From Archaeoglobaceae archaeon (GTDB taxonomy: Archaea; Halobacteriota; Archaeoglobi; Archaeoglobales; Archaeoglobaceae): a stretch of 45,448 nucleotides of DNA. Location of the stretch: NCBI GenBank assembly GCA_046537735.1, contig JBKHKH010000001.1:1-45448 (forward strand). The letters run 5' to 3'. Shown here piece by piece: positions 33,971 to 42,048 of this stretch. Each line of letters starts with the position of its first letter. Positions within the stretch are counted from its first letter, which is position 1. Position numbers and translations under genes: made by a program. The notes below the pieces were generated by a model. The model did not search any database. It was given only the letters and a program-made list of their open reading frames with translations, and was not told the origin of the DNA.

Positions 33971-35713
33971 ATGGGATGTGAGGAATGCATGAAAAATCTA
34001 ATAGAATTGCCAAAAAGAGAAGTTAAACTTAATGAGCGCAGAATAGTTGTTTTATTAGCTGTAGCAATATTTTCAGCCGAATTTTTAATCATATCTGTAA
34101 TGAAGGCTAGCTCTTTGAATATTTTCTCTATGTTGTCCCTATATATTTTGCATAATTTTGGCATATTGATCCTTGTGGTCTCTCCTCTGCTTTTGATTCT
34201 TCCCGGTTTTATTGAGTCCAAGGTTAGGTTAGAAAAAATAAACAGTGTTCTGGGAGCTATAAGGAGGATAAACGAGAATATCAATAGGGAATCTGATGTG
34301 GAAAAAATGCTTTCTGATGCGTGCAAAGTATTGTGGAAAGCAGATGGGTATTTTAATGTTACACTGTATGACGGTAAACTAAATAAATTGGCTGAAAGCG
34401 GTATTGGCATCTCCGAAACTCCCGGGTGCGTTAAAAAGTCTCTTGAATCGAAAGAAGCCATTTTGGGCAAGGCAGGTAAACATTGTGAAGGTTGTATGGC
34501 TTATGGAAGGTTCGAATACTGTATGATCTTACCCTATCCTGCTAAGAATGATGCTATCACCCTTGCGGTGTTCAAGCAAGAAAGCTTTGATGATCAGGAA
34601 ATAAAGCTGCTGGAAGAGGTGGCGGTGGACATCGGTTTTGCGATTGACAAATACAAAGTAGAAAATATTGTACGTGAAAATGAGGAGAAATACAGGACAA
34701 CTTTCGAGCATACAGGAACAGCGATGATGATAATAGAAGAGGACACTACTCTTTCACTGGTCAATGAGGAATTTGTTGATCTTACCGGCTTTAGCAAGGA
34801 AGAAATCGAAAATAAGATGCGCTGGACCCAATTCGTTCATCCAGAAGACGTTAAATGGATGAAGAGGTATCATTACCAGAGAAGAAAGGGAGAAAATCCG
34901 CCAAAGCGTTATGAATGCAGAGTGGTCGGTAGAAATGGAGATATTTTTAACGTATTCTTGACTGTGGATTTGATTTCTGGAACAAGTAAAAGTGTAGCTT
35001 CTTTGATAGATATCACCCACTTAAAGAAACTCAACTTACTACTTAAAGCCTCTTCAGACATTAACGGGTTGGTAGCCAGGGAAAAGCACCCTGAAGTTGT
35101 ATTAAAGTCTGTATGTCAGAAATTGACCAAAGTTTATGATGCTGTACTCACTTTTCAGAGTGAAGACGACATCCAGTCCGTGGAGTCAGAAGGGATTGGA
35201 TTTGAACAAGCAAGAGAGATAATAGATAACTGTCCGTCTATTTCAAAGGCAATAGAAGGTTACACGTCCACACAGAGAAGAGACGGTCAATGCAGTGGAT
35301 GTATTGGATCCTATAACTACATTCTTGCTCTACCACTTATAAATAACACCCAGCACGGAGTTATAGCCATATTTTCCAACTCCAAATTCAATGAAGACGA
35401 AATAAACCTTCTTCGCAACTTATCCGATAACATTGCTTTCGCTTTAAGTGCCTATCATGTAGAATATGATAGGAGGGAAGCAATCGAACAGCTGGCACAA
35501 AACCTAACTAAATTTGACAAATCTGCAGATAGGCTGAGGAACCCTCTGGCAGTGATAATGAGTTCAATGGACCTTAAACATGAACTGGGTTCGGATCAGG
35601 TACTGGGTATTATAAATGAACAGGTGAAGAGGATCGAAAAAGAGCTGGAAGAGCTAAGAGATGAAGAGAACAAAACTTATGAGCTGAGTAAAAAGTTAGA
35701 GCTCGAAAACTAG
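33971..35713 (+). CDS. Membrane-anchored GAF-PAS-GAF sensor protein lacking a kinase catalytic domain
   Basis: N-terminal TM helices; GAF-like region with PGC...CEGC; PAS core EEKYRTTFEHTGTAMMIIEEDTTLSLVNEEFVDLTGFSKEEI...HPEDV; second GAF-like region with NCP...CSGC. The C-terminal coiled coil carries SADRLRNPLAVI (an H-box-like motif with Asp in place of His). The ORF ends with no N/G1/G2 ATP-binding boxes. Confidence 0.8.
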   Translation: MGCEECMKNLIELPKREVKLNERRIVVLLAVAIFSAEFLIISVMKASSLNIFSMLSLYILHNFGILILVVSPLLLILPGFIESKVRLEKINSVLGAIRRINENINRESDVEKMLSDACKVLWKADGYFNVTLYDGKLNKLAESGIGISETPGCVKKSLESKEAILGKAGKHCEGCMAYGRFEYCMILPYPAKNDAITLAVFKQESFDDQEIKLLEEVAVDIGFAIDKYKVENIVRENEEKYRTTFEHTGTAMMIIEEDTTLSLVNEEFVDLTGFSKEEIENKMRWTQFVHPEDVKWMKRYHYQRRKGENPPKRYECRVVGRNGDIFNVFLTVDLISGTSKSVASLIDITHLKKLNLLLKASSDINGLVAREKHPEVVLKSVCQKLTKVYDAVLTFQSEDDIQSVESEGIGFEQAREIIDNCPSISKAIEGYTSTQRRDGQCSGCIGSYNYILALPLINNTQHGVIAIFSNSKFNEDEINLLRNLSDNIAFALSAYHVEYDRREAIEQLAQNLTKFDKSADRLRNPLAVIMSSMDLKHELGSDQVLGIINEQVKRIEKELEELRDEENKTYELSKKLELEN

Positions 35714-35716
35714 TTC

Positions 35717-35721
35717 TTTTT
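35717..35721 (+). terminator. Oligo-T run just after the sensor gene stop
   Basis: TAGTTCTTTTTAT: a T5 run 4 nt after the stop codon. Confidence 0.3.
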
Positions 35722-35805
35722 ATATCCAAAAATCCTGAAAATTTGTGTAAGGGTTTGGTTTATTCTATGGAGTAATTAAATAGACTTAAATAGTTGGTGT
35801 GAATA

Positions 35806-35886
35806 CCGAAGTTCGGAAAGGCCAAAACCTCGTTTCCGACCCCCCAACTCTTTCGGTTTTAGGATATGGCCTTTCCTTTAATTTTC
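35806..35886 (+). ncRNA. Candidate small structured RNA (unknown family)
   Basis: TTAAATA box at 35786-35792. The long stem GGAAAGGCC (35815-35823) / GGCCTTTCC (35868-35876) is extended by AAAACC (35824-35829) / GGTTTT (35855-35860). Competing short hairpins are CCGAAgTTCGG and CGGAAA/TTTCCG. It is followed by TTTAATTTTC. No ORF. Confidence 0.25.
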
Positions 35887-35979
35887 TAATATTAATTAAG
35901 ATAATCTTGTCCGTGGGGCAACAGCCAACAAGTAATGTAAAAAGCTGTTAAAAAAGCTATAATTTGCAGTGCTAGTGGG

Positions 35980-36162
35980 TTAAGAACTGAGATGGATGAG
36001 CATGTTCAAGTAAAAGTAGAGTATTGCGGAAAATAGCCCTGCAAATATTATGTATCGCGGCAATTTTGAAGCTAACTCCGTGTACATTATCACTCCTCCA
36101 ACCTGGACCTTGCCATGAATTAGCGTACCATCATTTAAAAACTTATCGAATAAGCGTGCCAT
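35980..36162 (-). CDS. Possible small membrane protein (60 aa)
   Basis: An ATG ORF with one C-terminal hydrophobic helix (IIFAGLFSAILYFYLNMLI). No clear RBS. Lies in a 566-nt intergenic stretch. Confidence 0.2.
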   Translation of the reverse strand: MARLFDKFLNDGTLIHGKVQVGGVIMYTELASKLPRYIIFAGLFSAILYFYLNMLIHLSS

Positions 36163-36173
36163 TTAGCGTGCCA
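36122..36173. repeat. Three copies of the 9-mer AGCGTRCCA within 52 nt
   Basis: AGCGTACCA at 36122-36130, and AGCGTGCCA at 36153-36161 and 36165-36173. They straddle the putative start of the 60-aa ORF. Confidence 0.7.
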
Positions 36174-36279
36174 ATAAGCCTGAGGTAAAGCAGATTTTGA
36201 ACCTAAATAAAAGTTAACCAATTCAATAATTCCATATATAAAGATAACAAAGGTTAGAGAAAGTATCGGAGGTGTCAAG

Positions 36280-37041
36280 GTGGACAGTAAGTATATTGTA
36301 AGTTTGATATTGGTAGTGGGGCTATTGCTGGGATCGGTGATAGTTTCGGTAGCTAATCCCTCAACAGCACAGCAAGATCAGGAAAAAATTAACGAGCTAC
36401 ATGTTTCAGGTAGCGGTGAAGTGGAGGTGGATCCTGATCAGGTAATTATCGAGCTGGGTGTAGAAGTGACAGAAGATACAGCTCAAGATGCCAGAGAGAA
36501 GAACGCTCAGCAGACAAACTCAGTCATAAGAGCGATTAAGGCTATGGGAATATCTGAAGATCAAATAGAGACCATAAGATTCTCCATATACGAGGAGAAT
36601 AAGGACCCACGGGTTAAGGAAGAGAACGGAGACCAAAATGAGGAGAAAGTTAGTTACAGGGCAGTGAACACCATAAGGATCATCTCTAATGATACGGATA
36701 TGGCCGCAGAGATAATCGATACAGCAATCTCCAGTGGAGCCAATGACGTGGACAGAGTGAGTTTTACGTTACAGAAAGCCACCAGAGATCAGGCCAGAGA
36801 GCAGGCGATTAAAAAAGCTATTGAAGACGCCAGAAAAGAAGCACAGAACGTGGTACAGGAGATGAGCCTCACACTGGACCAACCTGTTAATATCGAAGTC
36901 TATTCAACCGGTATACCCCGACTTGCTATGGAACGAGCTGATGCTGGAACTGGAACTGGAACGACCTCTACCCCCATAGAGCCGGGTAAGGTGACAGTGA
37001 CGGCGAACATCAACGTGATCTACGCCTTTACGGCCCAATAA
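36280..37041 (+). CDS. SIMPL/DUF541 domain secreted protein
   Basis: N-terminal signal/anchor. The core pattern (VSGSGEVEVDPDQVIIELGVEV...A..KA..DA...A..........IEPG.V.V.A.V.V.Y) is typical of SIMPL (26 kDa periplasmic immunogenic protein-like) proteins. GTG start after GGAGGTG. Confidence 0.83.
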   Translation: MDSKYIVSLILVVGLLLGSVIVSVANPSTAQQDQEKINELHVSGSGEVEVDPDQVIIELGVEVTEDTAQDAREKNAQQTNSVIRAIKAMGISEDQIETIRFSIYEENKDPRVKEENGDQNEEKVSYRAVNTIRIISNDTDMAAEIIDTAISSGANDVDRVSFTLQKATRDQAREQAIKKAIEDARKEAQNVVQEMSLTLDQPVNIEVYSTGIPRLAMERADAGTGTGTTSTPIEPGKVTVTANINVIYAFTAQ

Positions 37042-37056
37042 CCAAATTTTCTCTCT

Positions 37057-37064
37057 TTTTTTTT
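37057..37064 (+). terminator. T8 run downstream of the SIMPL gene
   Basis: CTCTCTTTTTTTTTAG begins 10 nt after the stop codon. Confidence 0.45.
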
Positions 37065-37176
37065 AGTAATGGATATAGATCATGGGTGTACTGGATTTGG
37101 CTTAAATGGCGAACTTATGCTACTGTAGAGCTTAGAAGTGAACAAGCAAACATAAACTGCAATATTAAAAAATTAG

Positions 37177-37249
37177 CGCCGCCGACAGGATTCGAACCTG
37201 TGGCCGTCCGGTTAACAGCCGGACGCTCTACCAGCTAAGCTACGGCGGC
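37177..37249 (-). tRNA. tRNA-Asn (anticodon GTT)
   Basis: Reverse strand is GCCGCCGTAGCTTAGCTGGTAGAGCGTCCGGCTGTTAACCGGACGGCCACAGGTTCGAATCCTGTCGGCGGCG. It has a 7-bp acceptor stem, a D arm, anticodon stem TCCGG/CCGGA with loop CTGTTAA, a 5-nt variable loop and T arm ACAGG-TTCGAAT-CCTGT. 73 nt; CCA not encoded. Confidence 0.95.
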
Positions 37250-37362
37250 ACGTATTTGAAATAGCCTTTGGACCTGATACTTGAACCGAAACCTGTTATA
37301 AAGGGTCAGTATCATAGTTTCAAGGGATTGAAATTTAAATGTTACCCTTATTTTATTAGTTA

Positions 37363-38814
37363 TTAGTATGCTCTCCCCATCACGGACAGATAACCTTTTT
37401 TCCCGCAGTGGATGCACTCCCCTTCAGGTTCCTCTTCAATCCAGGGAGGTATGTCCTCCAGCTTACCTAAGACATCGGCTTTAGTTTTCTCTTCCACAAA
37501 TCCACCGCACTCGTTGGACAGGCATAAGTGGGTGAGGGCAATACCGTTCTTCACCCATTTGGTCATATCATCGATATCTCTAAAGTATCTCACAAACTCT
37601 TTCATTTTTTCCAGGGCACTGGCATACATCTGCTGTTTCATCTCATCAGCAAACTCTTCTACCTTATCCCCTATATCGTTGAAGGGGAGGTCAAACTTCT
37701 TTTTCTCGTTTCTGAAGGAGAACACGACCTTATTTTCTTCCACCTCTTTGGGTCCTATCTCCATTCTAAAGGGTACACCTTTGAGCTCCCACTTATAGTA
37801 TTTGGCTCCCGGCCTCTCCTCGGAATCGTCGACAACTATTCGGTAGCCATGGAGTTCTTCTTTAAGCTTTTCAACTATCTCCATGATTTCCTGCTCTTTA
37901 CCCTTATAGAACACGGGAATGATAACTATCTGTATGGGAGCAACCTCAAAGGGCAAAACAAGCCCCAAGTTATCCCCATGAGTGCTGATCAGCGCAGATA
38001 AACATCTGTCTGATATGCCGTAACAGGTCTGATGAGCGTATTCATGCTCTCCGTCAGGTCTCTCGTACATGATGTCAAAGGTTTTGGCGAAATTGTTCCC
38101 CAGATGGTGAGCAGTCCCTATCTGAAGAGTCCTGCCATCGGGCATTATGGTATCGAAGGCGATGGAATAAACAGAGCCCGGAAATTTATCCCATTCAGGC
38201 CTCCTTATCACCAGATAGGGAATGGCAAGAAAGTCATAAAATTCTTTGTATAATTTAATTGCAGTTTTGACCTGCTCTTCGGCATCTTCAAAAGTTGCAT
38301 GGGCAGTATGAGCCTCTTTAAAAGATGTTATCTCTCTCATTCTTATTAAAGGTCGTGTGTGTTTGGTTTCATATCTAAAGGTGTTGACAATCTGGTAGGT
38401 CTTGATGGGAAGGCTGGCATGACTTCTGATCCATAGTTTGAATATGGGGTACATTGCAGTCTCGCTGGTGGGCCTCAACGCCAGCTTGACGTCCAGGAGG
38501 TCGCTCCCTCCATGAGTGATCCAGTAGACCTCCTCTTCAAACCCTTTGATGTGCTGCCCCTCTTTCATTAGCTCTCTTTCGGGGACCAGGGCAGGGAAAT
38601 AGACCTCATCGTGTTCCACATCAAGCAGGTCCCTCAGTTTCTGATAAACGAATTTCCTCAGCTTAAAGCCAAAAGGAAAATAGACGTACAATCCCTTGAC
38701 CGGGTATCGTACATCCACGATCTCTGCTTTCTCAATTACTTCGTGATACCACTCTGAGAAATCCTCTTTTGGCGGTAGTTTTCCTGACTTTTCTCTACCC
38801 ATATTGTTCACCAT
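37363..38814 (-). CDS. proS: Prolyl-tRNA synthetase, archaeal/eukaryal type
   Basis: FSEWYHEVI...AEIVDVRYPVKG start, class II motifs (FRYE..HTRPLIRMREF-like, GTAHHLG), no bacterial INS editing domain, and a C-terminal Zn-binding domain ending CIHCGKK...GRAY. Confidence 0.95.
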   Translation of the reverse strand: MVNNMGREKSGKLPPKEDFSEWYHEVIEKAEIVDVRYPVKGLYVYFPFGFKLRKFVYQKLRDLLDVEHDEVYFPALVPERELMKEGQHIKGFEEEVYWITHGGSDLLDVKLALRPTSETAMYPIFKLWIRSHASLPIKTYQIVNTFRYETKHTRPLIRMREITSFKEAHTAHATFEDAEEQVKTAIKLYKEFYDFLAIPYLVIRRPEWDKFPGSVYSIAFDTIMPDGRTLQIGTAHHLGNNFAKTFDIMYERPDGEHEYAHQTCYGISDRCLSALISTHGDNLGLVLPFEVAPIQIVIIPVFYKGKEQEIMEIVEKLKEELHGYRIVVDDSEERPGAKYYKWELKGVPFRMEIGPKEVEENKVVFSFRNEKKKFDLPFNDIGDKVEEFADEMKQQMYASALEKMKEFVRYFRDIDDMTKWVKNGIALTHLCLSNECGGFVEEKTKADVLGKLEDIPPWIEEEPEGECIHCGKKGYLSVMGRAY

Positions 38815-38972
38815 TTAGCCGATTTACCAGCACATCAAACTCCAATTATTAATTTTTTTCTGTACTATAAATTATAGCTCTAAGAGCTCTATTGCAGCGT
38901 ACAACACGCAGATTTACACTAGAAGATATGGTAAGGAGGGGTTGAGCGTAGCCAGATCCTCGGTTTGATGGT

Positions 38973-38996
38973 CCAGCTTTCTGAAGCTGGTTTTTT
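38973..38996 (+). terminator. Intrinsic-terminator-like hairpin + T6 on the plus strand inside the proS upstream region
   Basis: CCAGCTT-TCTG-AAGCTGG followed by TTTTTT. No plus-strand ORF ends here. Confidence 0.35.
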
Positions 38997-39101
38997 GCTT
39001 TCCATTGATTTTTAAAAAAGTTATTTATTTTGTAATTGGATGCTGGAATACCCAAGATTATATACAATGGGTTTAGTAAGGAGAAGCGGTAGGAGGCAAG
39101 T

Positions 39102-39392
39102 ATGGCTATATGCCCTTTTTGTAGGAAAGACGTAAAGCACCTGGACCTCGCGGTGTATATTGAAGAGAGGGGTCAGCCGGTTAAAACCTTTGAGATAACT
39201 CTTTTCATCGGAAGTGAGGGTTACGAGATCCCTGAAGAAATAAATGAAGACTATGTTAAACACTTCTATAAATGTTCTTTGTGCAAGTCCACGCTTTTTG
39301 ACAACAAAGAAGACACTGAAGAGTTTGTGAGGCATGGAGAAGTTCCCAAACATCTTTATCCCAAATTGATCTCCAGAGTGTTCAAGGAGTAG
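39102..39392 (+). CDS. Small zinc-ribbon-like protein (CPFC ... CSLC)
   Basis: 96 aa with Cys pairs at residues 4/7 and 59/62. GGAGG RBS lies 7 nt upstream of the ATG. Confidence 0.55.
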   Translation: MAICPFCRKDVKHLDLAVYIEERGQPVKTFEITLFIGSEGYEIPEEINEDYVKHFYKCSLCKSTLFDNKEDTEEFVRHGEVPKHLYPKLISRVFKE

Positions 39393-39489
39393 CAGTAATT
39401 CTTATCCTACTCTTTCTTCATTATCCCTTCCTTGATTATCCAGTAACATTGATTCCGGTGGTATCGTTGATTATTTAAATCAGGAGCGA

Positions 39490-41178
39490 ATGGGAGCTAT
39501 GATGTTTCGTGAATTCAGAAAAGATGTGATCAACTCCTTGAAAGACCTTGATCTTGACCTTGATGATAGGTTCATTAAAGAGAGCGAACATGCTGAATTG
39601 GCCTGTACAATTGCTTTCAAACTGGCTAAAGAACAGAAAAGAAGTCCTGCAGAAGTAGCGGAGGATTTGATCTCTCAAATTGAACCGGGCGGTTATGTAG
39701 GGAATGTGGAAGCGTTGAATGGTTACATTAACTTTTACGTTGATTTCGAGTTTCTGGAGGACACTATAACTATTATTCTTGATATGGATGAGGATTATGG
39801 ATTTCTAGATCTAGGGGGCAGCGTCCTCATTGAGCATACGTCATCCAACCCTGATGGGCCTCTTCACATAGGACACCTGAGGAACTCCATAATAGGGGAT
39901 ACATTGACCCGGATTTTCCGCAAAGCGGGCATTGACGTTACCACCCATTTCTACGTGAATGATATGGGTAGACAGATCGCCCTGGCCGTTCTGGGAGCTC
40001 AGAAGTTGGGGATAGATAGCAGCAAGAAGCCGGACCATGCGGTCTCTCAAGCTTATATTGATATCAACAGGTATATGGAGGAGCATCCGGAAGAAAAAGA
40101 GGAGCTGGATCAAAAGGTTGACCAGCTGATGGTGGATTATGAGGCTGGAGATAAAGATGTAGTACCTCTCTTCGAGAAAACGGTCAATACTGCCCTTGAA
40201 GGCGTAGAAGAGACTCTGAAGAAGCTCAACATAACCCATGATCAGTACGTAAAAGAGTCCCAGTTCGTCAGGAACAGTTACGTGGATAAGGTATTGAAGA
40301 TACTGGAAGACCGGGGTATTCTGCAGAAGGATGGTGCGTGGTATATCGATTTAAGTGATTATGGGCATGAAAAGGAATTATACGTAAAAAGGAAGAGCGG
40401 CACCACCCTTTATGTTACCAGAGACCTTGCCTACCATTTATGGAAGAACGAGAACTTCGAAAGGTCTATCAACGTACTGGGCTCTGACCATAAGCTGGTG
40501 GGGAAACAACTATCCGATGTTCTCCGTATTATGGGCTTAACACCTCCTGAGATCGTTTTCTTCGAGTTCGTATCTTTACCTGAAGGGTCCATGAGCACTC
40601 GAAAGGGAAAATTCGTTTCTGCGGATGAGCTGGTGGACAAAGTTTTAGAAGAGTCCTACAAAATAATAGAGGAAAGAGAATTGAGTTACCAGGAGAAAGA
40701 TAAGATCTCCAGGGGAGTAGCGGCAGGGGCGATCCGATATGACTTTGTCAGGATAGCTCCAGAAAAGACTATGACCTTTGACTGGAGAAAAGCTCTGGAT
40801 TTTGAAAGGCAGACAGCAAGCTATATACAATATTCTCACACAAGAGCTTGCAGCATCCTGAGAAAGGCTGTGGATAGCGGAGTGCCTGATCTGGAATTCA
40901 AGGGCGAATTGACCACACCGCTGGAAAGAAAGCTCGTTATCTTACTCTCCAAATTCTCTACTGTTGTGGAAAAAGTGGTTGAGGATTTGAGACCCAGTGT
41001 CTTTGCGGATTACATAATGGAAGTAGCGATTACCTTTACTGACTATTATAACAAACATCCTGTCCTCAAGGAAGAGGAAAGTATAAGAATGCACCGTCTG
41101 GCTGTAGTGGATGCCACCAGGATAGTACTGAGGAATGGGCTGGAGTTGCTGGGAATCGAACCGCTGGAGAAGATGTGA
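39490..41178 (+). CDS. argS: Arginyl-tRNA synthetase
   Basis: HTSSNPDGPLHIGHLRN (HIGH), class I core, MSTRKG (KMSKS-like), a DALR anticodon-binding C-terminal domain and the terminal Met typical of ArgRS. Confidence 0.95.
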   Translation: MGAMMFREFRKDVINSLKDLDLDLDDRFIKESEHAELACTIAFKLAKEQKRSPAEVAEDLISQIEPGGYVGNVEALNGYINFYVDFEFLEDTITIILDMDEDYGFLDLGGSVLIEHTSSNPDGPLHIGHLRNSIIGDTLTRIFRKAGIDVTTHFYVNDMGRQIALAVLGAQKLGIDSSKKPDHAVSQAYIDINRYMEEHPEEKEELDQKVDQLMVDYEAGDKDVVPLFEKTVNTALEGVEETLKKLNITHDQYVKESQFVRNSYVDKVLKILEDRGILQKDGAWYIDLSDYGHEKELYVKRKSGTTLYVTRDLAYHLWKNENFERSINVLGSDHKLVGKQLSDVLRIMGLTPPEIVFFEFVSLPEGSMSTRKGKFVSADELVDKVLEESYKIIEERELSYQEKDKISRGVAAGAIRYDFVRIAPEKTMTFDWRKALDFERQTASYIQYSHTRACSILRKAVDSGVPDLEFKGELTTPLERKLVILLSKFSTVVEKVVEDLRPSVFADYIMEVAITFTDYYNKHPVLKEEESIRMHRLAVVDATRIVLRNGLELLGIEPLEKM

Positions 41179-41262
41179 TCTCTTATAGTCACTTTCAGCC
41201 ATTAGGGGACACCTAATAGGGAGAAAGTTATATATCCAGGAAATTGCATTATAATTATTACG

Positions 41263-41463
41263 GTGATGAAGATGGGAGAATGTGAGTTCTTGCGAGATTG
41301 CCCGTTTTTCAATAGCTTGAAGCTGCCCTCTACAGGAGAAATGCTGAAGTCGAGGTACTGTAGAGGGGATTATGAAAAATGCGAGAGATACAAGCTTAAG
41401 AAAGCGGGTAAAGAAGTACCTGAAACACTGTGGCCCAACGGAGAAGTAAGTGTAACCAAATAA
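41263..41463 (+). CDS. Small Cys-rich protein (CxxxxxCPFF ... YCxGxxxxC)
   Basis: 66 aa with four Cys in the pattern C-x5-C ... C-x6-C. The real start is probably one of the ATGs at 41266 or 41272. Confidence 0.5.
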   Translation: MMKMGECEFLRDCPFFNSLKLPSTGEMLKSRYCRGDYEKCERYKLKKAGKEVPETLWPNGEVSVTK

Positions 41464-41501
41464 TTAAGTTCTCCAATCTTATTTTTTTAAAGTGAAGGTA
41501 G

Positions 41502-41954
41502 TTATTTCCTCAGTTTTACCACTTCCGCCCGTTTGGCAACTTCTGATGTGGGGATGTGTATTAGATGTCTTTCATCTCCACCCCCTCCATAGACCCTATC
41601 TTTTTGAAGGAGCCTATCATCCATGAAAACCCTGCAATTGTGGCCCACGGGAGGAACACCCCCTGCAGGAAATCCAATGTATTTTTTGACTTCATCTCTG
41701 CTGGCGATCCGTACATCCTTGTCTATTAATTTTCTAACTCTCTTTTTATCTACAGAAGCAGCCCCATCGACAATGGCTATCAAGATCTGGTCATCATCTG
41801 TCATAAACGCTATAGATTTTATGATATCTCTCTTGCTGCATCCCAGCTCCTCCACAGCCTCATTGACTGTTGTGGCCTTTTTGACCTCTACCATTGGGGC
41901 GTCAATCCCATTCTCAATCAGATAATTCTGGAGTCTGGTAACATAATCAGCCAT
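41502..41954 (-). CDS. YbaK/ProX-type aminoacyl-tRNA trans-editing deacylase
   Basis: KSIAFM...ILIAIVDGAASVDKKRV and IGFPAGGVPPVGH motifs of the YbaK/INS fold. Start trimmed to ATG 41952-41954. Confidence 0.85.
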   Translation of the reverse strand: MADYVTRLQNYLIENGIDAPMVEVKKATTVNEAVEELGCSKRDIIKSIAFMTDDDQILIAIVDGAASVDKKRVRKLIDKDVRIASRDEVKKYIGFPAGGVPPVGHNCRVFMDDRLLQKDRVYGGGGDERHLIHIPTSEVAKRAEVVKLRK

Positions 41955-42048
41955 GCTAATCTCCCGCAACCCATTTTATTTAACATTGCTGGCTTAGAAA
42001 TACTGGAAATGACATAATAGTAAAAGTAAACTTGGCCGTAAGACACCA

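Noticed and set aside
33955-34470. 171-aa minus-strand ORF antisense to the 5' part of the sensor gene
   Set aside because: It has no start context and a hydrophobic/low-complexity translation. It overlaps a CDS with clear PAS/GAF signatures in the other strand.
35806-35886. Known riboswitch or C/D-box sRNA identity for the structured element
   Set aside because: No C (RUGAUGA) or D (CUGA) boxes are present. There is no resemblance to the fluoride (crcB), TPP or preQ1 consensus sequences as I remember them, and no downstream gene is in a position to be controlled. It is kept only as an unknown sRNA candidate.
37042-37362. tRNA-Asn as an integration hotspot for a genomic island
   Set aside because: No integrase lies nearby, and I saw no duplicated copy of the tRNA 3' half in the flanking regions by eye. 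The neighbours are housekeeping genes (proS) and a SIMPL protein.
38849-39353. Minus-strand ORFs 38849..39067 and 39021..39353 in the proS upstream region
   Set aside because: The first spans a promoter/hairpin region with no RBS. The second is antisense to the better-supported zinc-ribbon ORF, which has a GGAGG RBS. Both have odd composition.
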